Of a stretch of 64,000 nucleotides of DNA, positions 25,636 through 33,438 are shown piece after piece. This DNA is from Chloroflexia bacterium (GTDB lineage Bacteria; Chloroflexota; Chloroflexia; QHBQ01; JADMIH01). The translations under genes were made by a program, and so were the position numbers. The number at the start of each line of letters is the position of its first letter. The stretch's first letter is position 1. The stretch is from positions 11,408-75,407 of the forward strand of contig DASVVE010000065.1 in NCBI GenBank assembly GCA_036386675.1, written 5' to 3'. The notes below the pieces were generated by a model. That model did not search any database. It had not been told where the DNA came from and saw nothing but the letters and a program-made list of their open reading frames with translations.

Positions 25636-27540
25636 CTATCGCCACCACAGGTCAAGCTTGAGCATGTTGGCCCCCAGGAGGCCAAGTTGCACCTCGAAGC
25701 GAGTGCCCGCGAACTCCGGGTGGTGCTCGAAGCGGTTGCGCTCGAAGTACTGCACCTTGTACTCCTTGCCATCGGTGGGTGACACCTCGGTTATCTCCTG
25801 CGAGATCGGGTAGCCGTAGACCTGTAACCCGCCGTTCTCCTGCCAGTACTTCAAGAAGGCCCCTCCCAGGGTATGCCCTGTTTCGGGAAAGTAGACCAAG
25901 TCGGGGGTTAGCAGCGCGGTGTCAGCCTTGTCGAACGTGCGCCCCTGTGTGAACTCGTTGCCCAGGAGGCGCAATTGCACCTCATAGGGCGTGCCTGTGT
26001 GCTCCGGGTGGTACTCGAAGATGGCCCGCTCGAAGAACTGGCTCAGGTAGCCGTTGAGCGGCACGGGGCGGCTGATTGGGTAGCCGAATAGCTCCAGGCC
26101 GCCATTATCGCGCCAGTAATCGGTGAATTGCCGGGCGATGATCTGTCCGGTCTCTCCGAAGTAAAGCTGGTCCGTGCCCAACACCTGTACTTCGTCTACC
26201 GGGTTCGTAATCGCCCCTCCGCGGGCGATCTCCTGGTACGTGCGGAAGGCAAGCTTACGTATTTCGACGGAGCCGGAGGAATGGTAGCCCGTCCGACTTT
26301 CGTTCTCCATCAGCCTCACTAACCCATAATTGTGCGTGTAGTTGCCGGGCACAAAGTCCTCGTACTTGAACCAGAAGACGCGCGGTATTATCGCTCGAAG
26401 TTCGGAGTCCGCCAGGATACCGGAGTAGAGGCCGCGCAGGTAGTCCGATTGCTTGATCTCCTGCTCGGTGGGTGAGTCCCCACGGTTGGCGGGCGGCACG
26501 GCCTGCTGCCCGATCTCGGTGATCCAGAGCTTGCTCTTATGGTCGCCACGGTCTCGGAACTTACGGGCAAACTCGCGCAACAGGTCGAATAGCTCCGGGT
26601 GGTCCAGGAAGTAAGGGTGCACGGCCACGCCATCCCACGGCACCACGTTCCAACCCGTACGCGTGCTGAACCCGTCGGCCTGGTACTTCTGGACCCAGGG
26701 CGACGTGTAAATCTGGTACAGGTAGTCGAACTGGTCGTGGTCCTGCCCCTCCGGTGGCGAGCCTATCATGATGCCGCCCACGATGACCTGCGCCAGGGGG
26801 TTCACGCTCTTGATGGCACGGTAGCCGTTGAAGATGAGGGCCGCGTACCGTTCGGGGTTTATCTCTGCCGAGCCGTGCCCGCTATCCAGCCACAGGTCGA
26901 AGCTGATGTTCGGCTCGTTGATGATTTCATAGGCGCTAATCGCGGTGCCATAACGGGCCGCTATCGTTTGGGCACGCGCTTTGAAGACGCGGATGAAGTG
27001 ATTGGAGCCGTCGGAAGGGTCGCTACCGCCACCATCGGCGGGATCGTTGAAGGCCAGCGTGCGTAGCGTTTCGCCGTTGAAGGCCACCATGCCCACGTTC
27101 AACAGGGCGAGCACCTTCAGGTTGTACTTGGGCGCAAGCTCCCGGATGAACCAGTCATACTTCTCCCAGTTGATCTCGCCGGGCTGGACGGAGCCGTCGT
27201 AATCGGCAAAGAACTCCATGCGTATCCAGCGTACGCCGAGAGAGGCCAGTTCCGAGGCTTGCCGCTCGAGTGCCACTTTGTTGGGCTGCATGGGAAAATT
27301 CACCGGGTCGGTGTTGAACTCGTAAAAGGGGTCGCGGGCCACCATGCCAAAAAGCTCGCCATCATTGGTGCGCATCGCGAGAGGCGAAATCTCCAGGCTG
27401 GGCGCGGCGGGAGCGGTGGGGTCCACAAGGGTCTGAGCGCGGGCGGGCTGCTGGGCGGGGGCTATACCCGTTGCCAGGAGCAGCGCGCATGCCAGTATCG
27501 TAAATGCCCGTTTGTTGCGTCGTAAGAATGAAACCAGCAT
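25636..27540 (-). CDS. Secreted glycoside hydrolase (GH5-like clan GH-A) with two C-terminal LGFP-like repeats
   Basis: Signal peptide; NEP acid/base motif (EIINEPN) and TEIG nucleophile motif (LWITEIGQ). Two approximately 55-aa repeats: F-x-E-T-G-x-I...YW..NGGL..GYPIS...QFFERA.FEYHP. Confidence 0.6.
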   Translation of the reverse strand: MLVSFLRRNKRAFTILACALLLATGIAPAQQPARAQTLVDPTAPAAPSLEISPLAMRTNDGELFGMVARDPFYEFNTDPVNFPMQPNKVALERQASELASLGVRWIRMEFFADYDGSVQPGEINWEKYDWFIRELAPKYNLKVLALLNVGMVAFNGETLRTLAFNDPADGGGSDPSDGSNHFIRVFKARAQTIAARYGTAISAYEIINEPNISFDLWLDSGHGSAEINPERYAALIFNGYRAIKSVNPLAQVIVGGIMIGSPPEGQDHDQFDYLYQIYTSPWVQKYQADGFSTRTGWNVVPWDGVAVHPYFLDHPELFDLLREFARKFRDRGDHKSKLWITEIGQQAVPPANRGDSPTEQEIKQSDYLRGLYSGILADSELRAIIPRVFWFKYEDFVPGNYTHNYGLVRLMENESRTGYHSSGSVEIRKLAFRTYQEIARGGAITNPVDEVQVLGTDQLYFGETGQIIARQFTDYWRDNGGLELFGYPISRPVPLNGYLSQFFERAIFEYHPEHTGTPYEVQLRLLGNEFTQGRTFDKADTALLTPDLVYFPETGHTLGGAFLKYWQENGGLQVYGYPISQEITEVSPTDGKEYKVQYFERNRFEHHPEFAGTRFEVQLGLLGANMLKLDLWWR

Positions 27541-27827
27541 CTCTTTTTTGCTTTACCTCAACTACTTCAACAGTCTTCCAGGCGCGATAACTGGCCGCGC
27601 GGCATGCGGCCGTACGCACATCAATAGGTGAATAGTGCGGTGCCGAAGCTGGCACCCTAAGTAGAAGACGGACCAATGAGCCGCGGGTTGCGCTCCTGGC
27701 GCGCCTCGTGTAACAGAACGGAGCCACAGACCAAACCGGGCGGCTTCGTCTGCGCCTCTCTCTGCCATATTATACCAGTTCCGGAGGCCGAGTAGCGCGG
27801 GCGATGTGGAAAAATAACCGGTTGTAA

Positions 27828-28187
27828 CTAATGCCCGTCCACGATACCCGGTCCTGTTACTGGCAGTTTCTCAGCTTGCCAGGACAGCATCCCACCCTCC
27901 AGGTTGGCCGCGTCTATGCCGACCTGGCGGAGCATGGCAGCTACGTAGTTGGAGCGACTGCCGCTGTGACACACCACCACCAGCTTGCGCCCTGGGTCGA
28001 GCTCGCGCCAGCGTGTCTGCAAGTGGCCCATCGGTATCCACTTCGCGCCCTCTATATGGCCCTGGTTCCACTCATCCGGCTCCCGCACGTCGAGCAGGTC
28101 CACCTCGCCCCTCTCAAAGTGCTCCTGTGTGGCCTTCGCTTCGACCTGTGGAACGCCCGCGAATGGGTCCTCGTTGGGTCCGTACAT
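27828..28187 (-). CDS. Rhodanese-domain sulfurtransferase
   Basis: Active-site loop CHSGSRS. Confidence 0.85.
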   Translation of the reverse strand: MYGPNEDPFAGVPQVEAKATQEHFERGEVDLLDVREPDEWNQGHIEGAKWIPMGHLQTRWRELDPGRKLVVVCHSGSRSNYVAAMLRQVGIDAANLEGGMLSWQAEKLPVTGPGIVDGH

Positions 28188-28224
28188 GCTCGATGTCGCC
28201 TTTCGATGCCCCTGCCGGTAGGCT

Positions 28225-29769
28225 CTACTGAAAGTCCTTGATCAACTCGATAGCCCTGAGGATATGAGGGTCTTCACTCTCAGGGTATTCACTCCACTGG
28301 ACGTCAATCTCCTCATCGGGTATGACGCCGGTGCCTTCCAGGGTCGTGCCGTCGGGCAGCTGGAAGCCTTCTTCGGCCAACCAGAGCCGCGAGCCATCAT
28401 CGAAGTCGTAGGGGTATACCGTTTCGGTGTTGCCCGCGCTAGGTACGCCCACCACCTGGGCGCGCCCGGCGTACTGCAAGGCAGCGGTCATCATCTCCGA
28501 GGCGCTCTCGGAACCTTCATCCACCAGGATTACCAGCGGTATGTCGCGCAGGTCTCTGTAGTGCGAGCCCCTGGGCGGGATCATCGCGCGGTCGCTACCT
28601 TTGGAAGCATAGTTGCCCGACTCGCCGGTGAGGAACTGGCCGGCGATACGCTCCATCGTATCAAGCAAGCCGCCACCATTGCCGCGAAGATCGATGATTA
28701 CGCCCGACAGAGGCTCATCGCCGTCGAGGAGTGCTGCAAGCTCCTCATCTACCAGTTCATCCATGTCCTCCGGGTCGAAGCTAGGCACGATGAGGTACCC
28801 CACCGACGGGTCCGCTTCCAGCCTGTGGCCCATGGGAACTACCTTCCCGGTGATGGGTCGCCTGACCAGGTCGATATCGCGTGGCGCTTCACCAGGCGAG
28901 CGTACCGTCAGCTTTACGGTTGTGCCCTCCGGGCCGCGGACGCGGCTCAAGTCCTCGTCTTCCGTCGTAATAGGTATGCCGTCCACCGCGGTAATAACGT
29001 CGCGCCGCCGAAGCCCGCCTTCCTCGGCGGGGCTGCCGGGGAAAACATATACTATCTGTATTTCATCCTCTTTATACCGGCTGAAGATTCCGACGCCCAC
29101 ATAGTTGTAATTCCCGCTCATCGCGTCGTCTTCTTCTTTGGCCTCCCACGGCGAGATGTAGCGCGAGTGGTCGTCCCCAAGCTCCGCGATCATATCATCT
29201 ATCGCGAGGTAAAACTCGTCGCCCGTCGTAACCTCGCTAACGAGGGCCTCGTATTCGTCCCTGAGCGCGTCCCAGTCGGCACCTCGGAAGTCGTCATACA
29301 GGTAGTTGTCCCGCACCGTTTCCCACACCTGCGTGAAAAGTTCCAGGCGTGCGGCAGAGGGCATTACCGTGGCGACAGGGGTAGCTTCCTCGGCTACGGC
29401 AGTCGGGGTGTCCCTTGGAGCGCGGGTTCGCGTGGGAGCTGCCTCGGTGGGAACTACCTCCGTGGGAGTATCTTCATCTCCGCCGCCACCAAACGACTTG
29501 CCGGTAGTGGGTGTGGCGGCAGGCTCTTCCTCCGGCGTGTCCGTAGGCTCCTCGACCGGCACTTCTTCCGTCGGCGTGTCCTCCAATATGCGTTCGGTGG
29601 GCAGGGGCACCACACGAGTGGCACGGGGCGTACGTGTCGCGGCCACCGCTACCGTGGTGGGTGTGGCCTGGGTGCTCACCGGAAGGTCGGTGCAGCCCCA
29701 TAGAAGCAAGGCGGCCATGACAAATAGCATGGCGTTGAAAGCAAATCGCCTGGTGTGAGTTTGCGGCAT
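28225..29769 (-). CDS. C-terminal processing peptidase, family S41 (lipoprotein, PDZ-containing)
   Basis: Lipobox LLWGC; PDZ (GSPAEEGGLRRRDVITAVDG); catalytic region IIDLRGNGGG ... VDEGSESASE. Confidence 0.85.
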   Translation of the reverse strand: MPQTHTRRFAFNAMLFVMAALLLWGCTDLPVSTQATPTTVAVAATRTPRATRVVPLPTERILEDTPTEEVPVEEPTDTPEEEPAATPTTGKSFGGGGDEDTPTEVVPTEAAPTRTRAPRDTPTAVAEEATPVATVMPSAARLELFTQVWETVRDNYLYDDFRGADWDALRDEYEALVSEVTTGDEFYLAIDDMIAELGDDHSRYISPWEAKEEDDAMSGNYNYVGVGIFSRYKEDEIQIVYVFPGSPAEEGGLRRRDVITAVDGIPITTEDEDLSRVRGPEGTTVKLTVRSPGEAPRDIDLVRRPITGKVVPMGHRLEADPSVGYLIVPSFDPEDMDELVDEELAALLDGDEPLSGVIIDLRGNGGGLLDTMERIAGQFLTGESGNYASKGSDRAMIPPRGSHYRDLRDIPLVILVDEGSESASEMMTAALQYAGRAQVVGVPSAGNTETVYPYDFDDGSRLWLAEEGFQLPDGTTLEGTGVIPDEEIDVQWSEYPESEDPHILRAIELIKDFQ

Positions 29770-29775
29770 CTTATC

Positions 29776-30969
29776 CTACTTTGCTGCTGGTGCCCATTGG
29801 GGCTGAAAGTCCGTACCGGCCCCGGAGGAGATTACCTTCAGGCCGGAGCCGTCAACATTACCTATTACTATCTTGTATCCCGGAGTTGGGTTCTCCGGGC
29901 GGTCGCTCGCCCAGGTGAGCCTCTTACCATCAGGGGACCACGAGGGAAGGTAATCCTCCCCATTGTCAGGTGTGACTACCGTGGGTGTGCCGCCCTCCAG
30001 GGGGACGGTTAGAATATCGGTACCCTGAGACTCAACTAGCACCCTATGATAGGCGAGCCTCGGCGGCTCTACAGGCGATAGCTGAATGCTTTTTACGGAG
30101 GCGGGTTCGATGATGTCTCTCACCTCGCCGCCAGCGACAGGCACGACGGCAATAGTCTGGATGCGGTCTCCGCTGCCCTGTGCGAAGACAATCGACTGGC
30201 CGTCCCGAGTCCAGATCGGGTTGGTCTTTACAGAGCCGTTGCTGGTGATCGCCCTGGCCGCGCCACCGGCTGCCGGGATTACATGGATCTCTCCTGAGGC
30301 GCTCTGACCATCGCTCAACACATATCCTATGCTCTGGCTGTCCGGCGACCACGTTGGGAACTTGGCCTGGCCTTTGCCGTCGGTCACCATGCGCTTGTCC
30401 GAGCCATCAGCCTTCATAACGTGGATCTGCCAGTCACCACCCCCCCGCTTCGACTGCACGGCGATCTGCGTGCCGTCGGGCGACCAGGCGGGGAAGACGC
30501 TCTCGGCGGTGTCCCCGTCGGTGAGATTGAGTATCTCCACTGGCTTGTTGTCCGGCCCCACCTCAACCCTCAATATGGCCGCGACATTGTTGAACTGGGC
30601 CTGCGCGACTATGTACCTGCCATCTGGAGACCATGCACTCTGGTCGATGATGATGTCACGGGTAAGTTGCTGCTGGTTGGTGCCGTCCGGATTGACCACA
30701 AACAGGCTTTGGGCTTGGCCCTCCAGCAGGCGCACGAAGCTGATACGACCTTCCGGGGATGCTTGAGGGACGGTTGGACCCAGACCCCAGCGTATGAAAG
30801 GAGGCAGCACCGTCGGCGCGGCCAGCAACAGCGTAACGTACATGAGGGCCAGGGCCGTTAATATGCCGGCAGCCACAAGCGCTGCCGCTGGTCTGGCGGC
30901 CACCTGCTGGAATTGTGAAGACCGGCCGGCCTGTCTGCCGGACGAGTCTCGCCTGGAACGATTGCTCAT
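29776..30969 (-). CDS. TolB-like periplasmic beta-propeller protein (PD40 repeats) with N-terminal TM anchor
   Basis: Repeated W/F-S-P-D-G-x motifs (SWSPDGRYI, AWSPDGTQI, TWSPDSQSI, SWSPDGKRL). Confidence 0.75.
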   Translation of the reverse strand: MSNRSRRDSSGRQAGRSSQFQQVAARPAAALVAAGILTALALMYVTLLLAAPTVLPPFIRWGLGPTVPQASPEGRISFVRLLEGQAQSLFVVNPDGTNQQQLTRDIIIDQSAWSPDGRYIVAQAQFNNVAAILRVEVGPDNKPVEILNLTDGDTAESVFPAWSPDGTQIAVQSKRGGGDWQIHVMKADGSDKRMVTDGKGQAKFPTWSPDSQSIGYVLSDGQSASGEIHVIPAAGGAARAITSNGSVKTNPIWTRDGQSIVFAQGSGDRIQTIAVVPVAGGEVRDIIEPASVKSIQLSPVEPPRLAYHRVLVESQGTDILTVPLEGGTPTVVTPDNGEDYLPSWSPDGKRLTWASDRPENPTPGYKIVIGNVDGSGLKVISSGAGTDFQPQWAPAAK

Positions 30970-31074
30970 GTTGAAGAACGCTCTAGTATAGAGTTTAGCA
31001 CCGCGCCGGGAATGGGGAGCCGCGCGGAACCTAACATTATTATAGCGTACGGGAGGCTAACGGCTCAAGCGGAT

Positions 31075-31250
31075 TAGACGGAAACGCCAAGACGCAAAGA
31101 CGCCAAGGACCACGCCAAGTTTTGGCAGGTGTTCATAAGTAAAAGGAGCAGGGTACGACAGTACGTACCCTGCTCCTTTTTGTACTCTCCAAACCTCTAT
31201 ACTCTCTTGGCGCGTCCTTGGCGTCTTGGCGTCTTGGCGTTTCCGTCTGT
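31075..31250. repeat. Copy B of the cruciform-like repeat element with embedded terminator
   Basis: Outer inverted repeat AGACGGAAACGCCAAGACGC / GCGTCTTGGCGTTTCCGTCT. Central 13-bp hairpin GGAGCAGGGTACG / CGTACCCTGCTCC at 31145-31176 plus T5. Same flanking core as copy A. Confidence 0.85.
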
Positions 31251-31258
31251 TCGAGCGG

Positions 31259-31768
31259 TCAGGAGCTAAAGCGGTTGACCACTTCCGCAATCTGGTCTAT
31301 GTCGAAGGGCTTGGTCACCACGGCCACCGCGCCTGTCTCCTCCTGGGTGCGCTTGATGTCGTACACGGCGGTGACGACCACGATCGGGATGCTTGCCCAC
31401 TCGCGGTTGGTGCGAAGCGCGCGAATAAACTCCCACCCGTCCATGACAGGCATCATCAGGTCAAGCAGGATCAACTGGGGCTTGCGCTCCAGTACCCGCT
31501 CGAGGGCCTCCATGCCGTTGGACGCCGTGCGCGCCGTGTGCCCCTCAGCCTCCAGCACGTCGGCTACAAGGTCGCACAGGTACGCTTCATCTTCAACAAC
31601 GAGCACATCTTTCGGCTCGTTCAGGGCATCTCCAAGGCTCCGATCAGGTCGCATATCGGGTGGCTGCATTCCCCTGCCGCCCTTACCGGGCCGCAGAATA
31701 TAGTGCGACTGCGTGGTGGCTGGCCCCGCCACACCGTACTCGCCGGTAGCATAAAATCGTCGAGACAT
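31259..31768 (-). CDS. Single-domain CheY-like response regulator (start probably internal, near MQPPDMRPD)
   Basis: VLVVEDEAYL ... LILLDLMMPVMDG ... IPIVVVTA receiver motifs. Confidence 0.8.
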   Translation of the reverse strand: MSRRFYATGEYGVAGPATTQSHYILRPGKGGRGMQPPDMRPDRSLGDALNEPKDVLVVEDEAYLCDLVADVLEAEGHTARTASNGMEALERVLERKPQLILLDLMMPVMDGWEFIRALRTNREWASIPIVVVTAVYDIKRTQEETGAVAVVTKPFDIDQIAEVVNRFSS

Positions 31769-31919
31769 GGGGGAGATGCTTGTCCTTAGATGAGTCTCGT
31801 TATAATAGTCCCAATGAGAAGGGCTGAATAGATGATCCGGTGCAAGTTACGTGCCAGCAGCCGACAGTAACCACGCTTATTTCATGCGTATCTATCAATA
31901 AATTGACCTATCTAACCGC

Positions 31920-32363
31920 CTAGCCTCCTCTTTCTCTCTCCAGCACCACCGACACCTCAGCCGTAGTGCTCCCCTTAAGGGGAGGGCTTGGCTTGCCTAC
32001 CTCTACCCGCGCCCTGGTTATGCGCGCGTCGAATTGCAGCACGCGGTCCAGGAGGCGGCCCGCCAGGTGTTCCAGCAGCTTGCTCGGCTCCCCCTCCACT
32101 TCTGCGCGCACCAGCTTGTAGATGGCCGAATAACTGACAGTGTCTTCCAGCCGGTCGGAGCGCGAAGCCGCCGACATGTCGAGCCACAACGAGAGGTTTA
32201 CGGCGAAGCGCTGCCCCAGGGCCGTTTCTTCAGGGTTCGCACCGTGAGTCCCGAAGAAGACCATGTTGCTCAGCCGTATCTCACCAGGCTCGACCCGCGC
32301 GTGCCCAGGTCCATTCGTTGCACTCATAAGGCCGATTGTACATCGCTTGACGCTGCCCCGCAA
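31920..32363 (-). CDS. folB: Dihydroneopterin aldolase
   Basis: FolB core (FFGTHGANPEETALGQRFAVNLSL ... VSYSAIYKLV ... LLEHLA). Confidence 0.8.
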   Translation of the reverse strand: MRGSVKRCTIGLMSATNGPGHARVEPGEIRLSNMVFFGTHGANPEETALGQRFAVNLSLWLDMSAASRSDRLEDTVSYSAIYKLVRAEVEGEPSKLLEHLAGRLLDRVLQFDARITRARVEVGKPSPPLKGSTTAEVSVVLERERGG

Positions 32364-32441
32364 GGAGTGTTATACCGTTGAGGCGTGCGTGTCTGCACGC
32401 TAAATGAGCATTCGATATATGCAAAGGGAGTGACCTATCAC

Positions 32442-33341
32442 ATGGCCGACAGCGATACTAGAGACAACTCCGACAACAAAATTATCAATGACGAAGCTAA
32501 CACCAGCCAGGGCCAGGCAACCGCCGGTACGCAATCACCCGCCCAGCTTCAAAGTTCAGCAACCAGTGTGCCAACCCCTCCCTCGCTGCCTCCCATGAAC
32601 CCTATCGAGCGGCCCGGCCCGACGGCCGAGGAGTGGCCGGAGGAGCAGCGCAGGGTGCTCCTGGTGGCGGCTCACCCCGACGACCCGGAGTTCTCCTCGG
32701 CGGGCACTGTGGCGCGCTGGGTGCGGGCGGGCATAGAAGTAATATTCGTGGTGGCGACCAGCGGCGACAAGGGCACCCCTGACCGCTCGATGACCAACGA
32801 GCGACTCAGCAATTTGCGCGAAGACGAGCAGCGAGCCGCGGCCGCGCGCCTGGGCGTGACCACGGTGGAGTTCCTGCGCTTCGGTGACGGCGAATTGATG
32901 CCCAACATGGAACTGCGCGGGGCCGTGACCTACATGATCCGCAAGTATCGCCCCTACGCCGTGATGACTCACGACCCACTCACCCTGTTCTACAATAACG
33001 AGTTCATCAACCACCCCGACCATCGCGCCATCGGCCAGGCCACCGTGGACGCCATTTACCCCACCGCTCGCGACCCACTTCAGTTCCCCGACCACATCCG
33101 CGAGGGTCTTGAGCCTCACAAAGTGAAGGAGATTTACCTCTGGGGCACCGAGGAACCCAACATCCTGATTGACATCACCGAGACCATAGAGGACAAGATA
33201 GAGGCATTGAAATTGCATGTTACGCAGGTGGGAGAAGCAGTTGAGCTGGGCAATCGGATAAAGACCCGTGCGTCCCAGATAGGCGAGCCATACGGTATCG
33301 CCTATGCCGAAGCTTACCGTCGCGTGGTCATGCGTATGTGA
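32442..33341 (+). CDS. PIG-L/LmbE-family N-acetylglucosaminyl deacetylase with low-complexity N-terminal tail
   Basis: LLVAAHPDDPEF motif and zinc-binding His/Asp pattern (HPDH). AAGGGAG upstream of the ATG. Confidence 0.75.
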   Translation: MADSDTRDNSDNKIINDEANTSQGQATAGTQSPAQLQSSATSVPTPPSLPPMNPIERPGPTAEEWPEEQRRVLLVAAHPDDPEFSSAGTVARWVRAGIEVIFVVATSGDKGTPDRSMTNERLSNLREDEQRAAAARLGVTTVEFLRFGDGELMPNMELRGAVTYMIRKYRPYAVMTHDPLTLFYNNEFINHPDHRAIGQATVDAIYPTARDPLQFPDHIREGLEPHKVKEIYLWGTEEPNILIDITETIEDKIEALKLHVTQVGEAVELGNRIKTRASQIGEPYGIAYAEAYRRVVMRM

Positions 33342-33438
33342 ACGGGACTATAGCTTTGCGCGCAACGGGCTGCATTGAGAACGTTGCGACCGGCTACATT
33401 GAGACAGTACATCCGCACGTGGGAGAGGACAGGGGGGA

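Noticed and set aside
28264-29703. 479-aa ORF antisense to the S41 peptidase gene
   Set aside because: Composition artefact (Arg/Gly/Ala-rich) of the antisense strand of a high-GC gene. No motifs.
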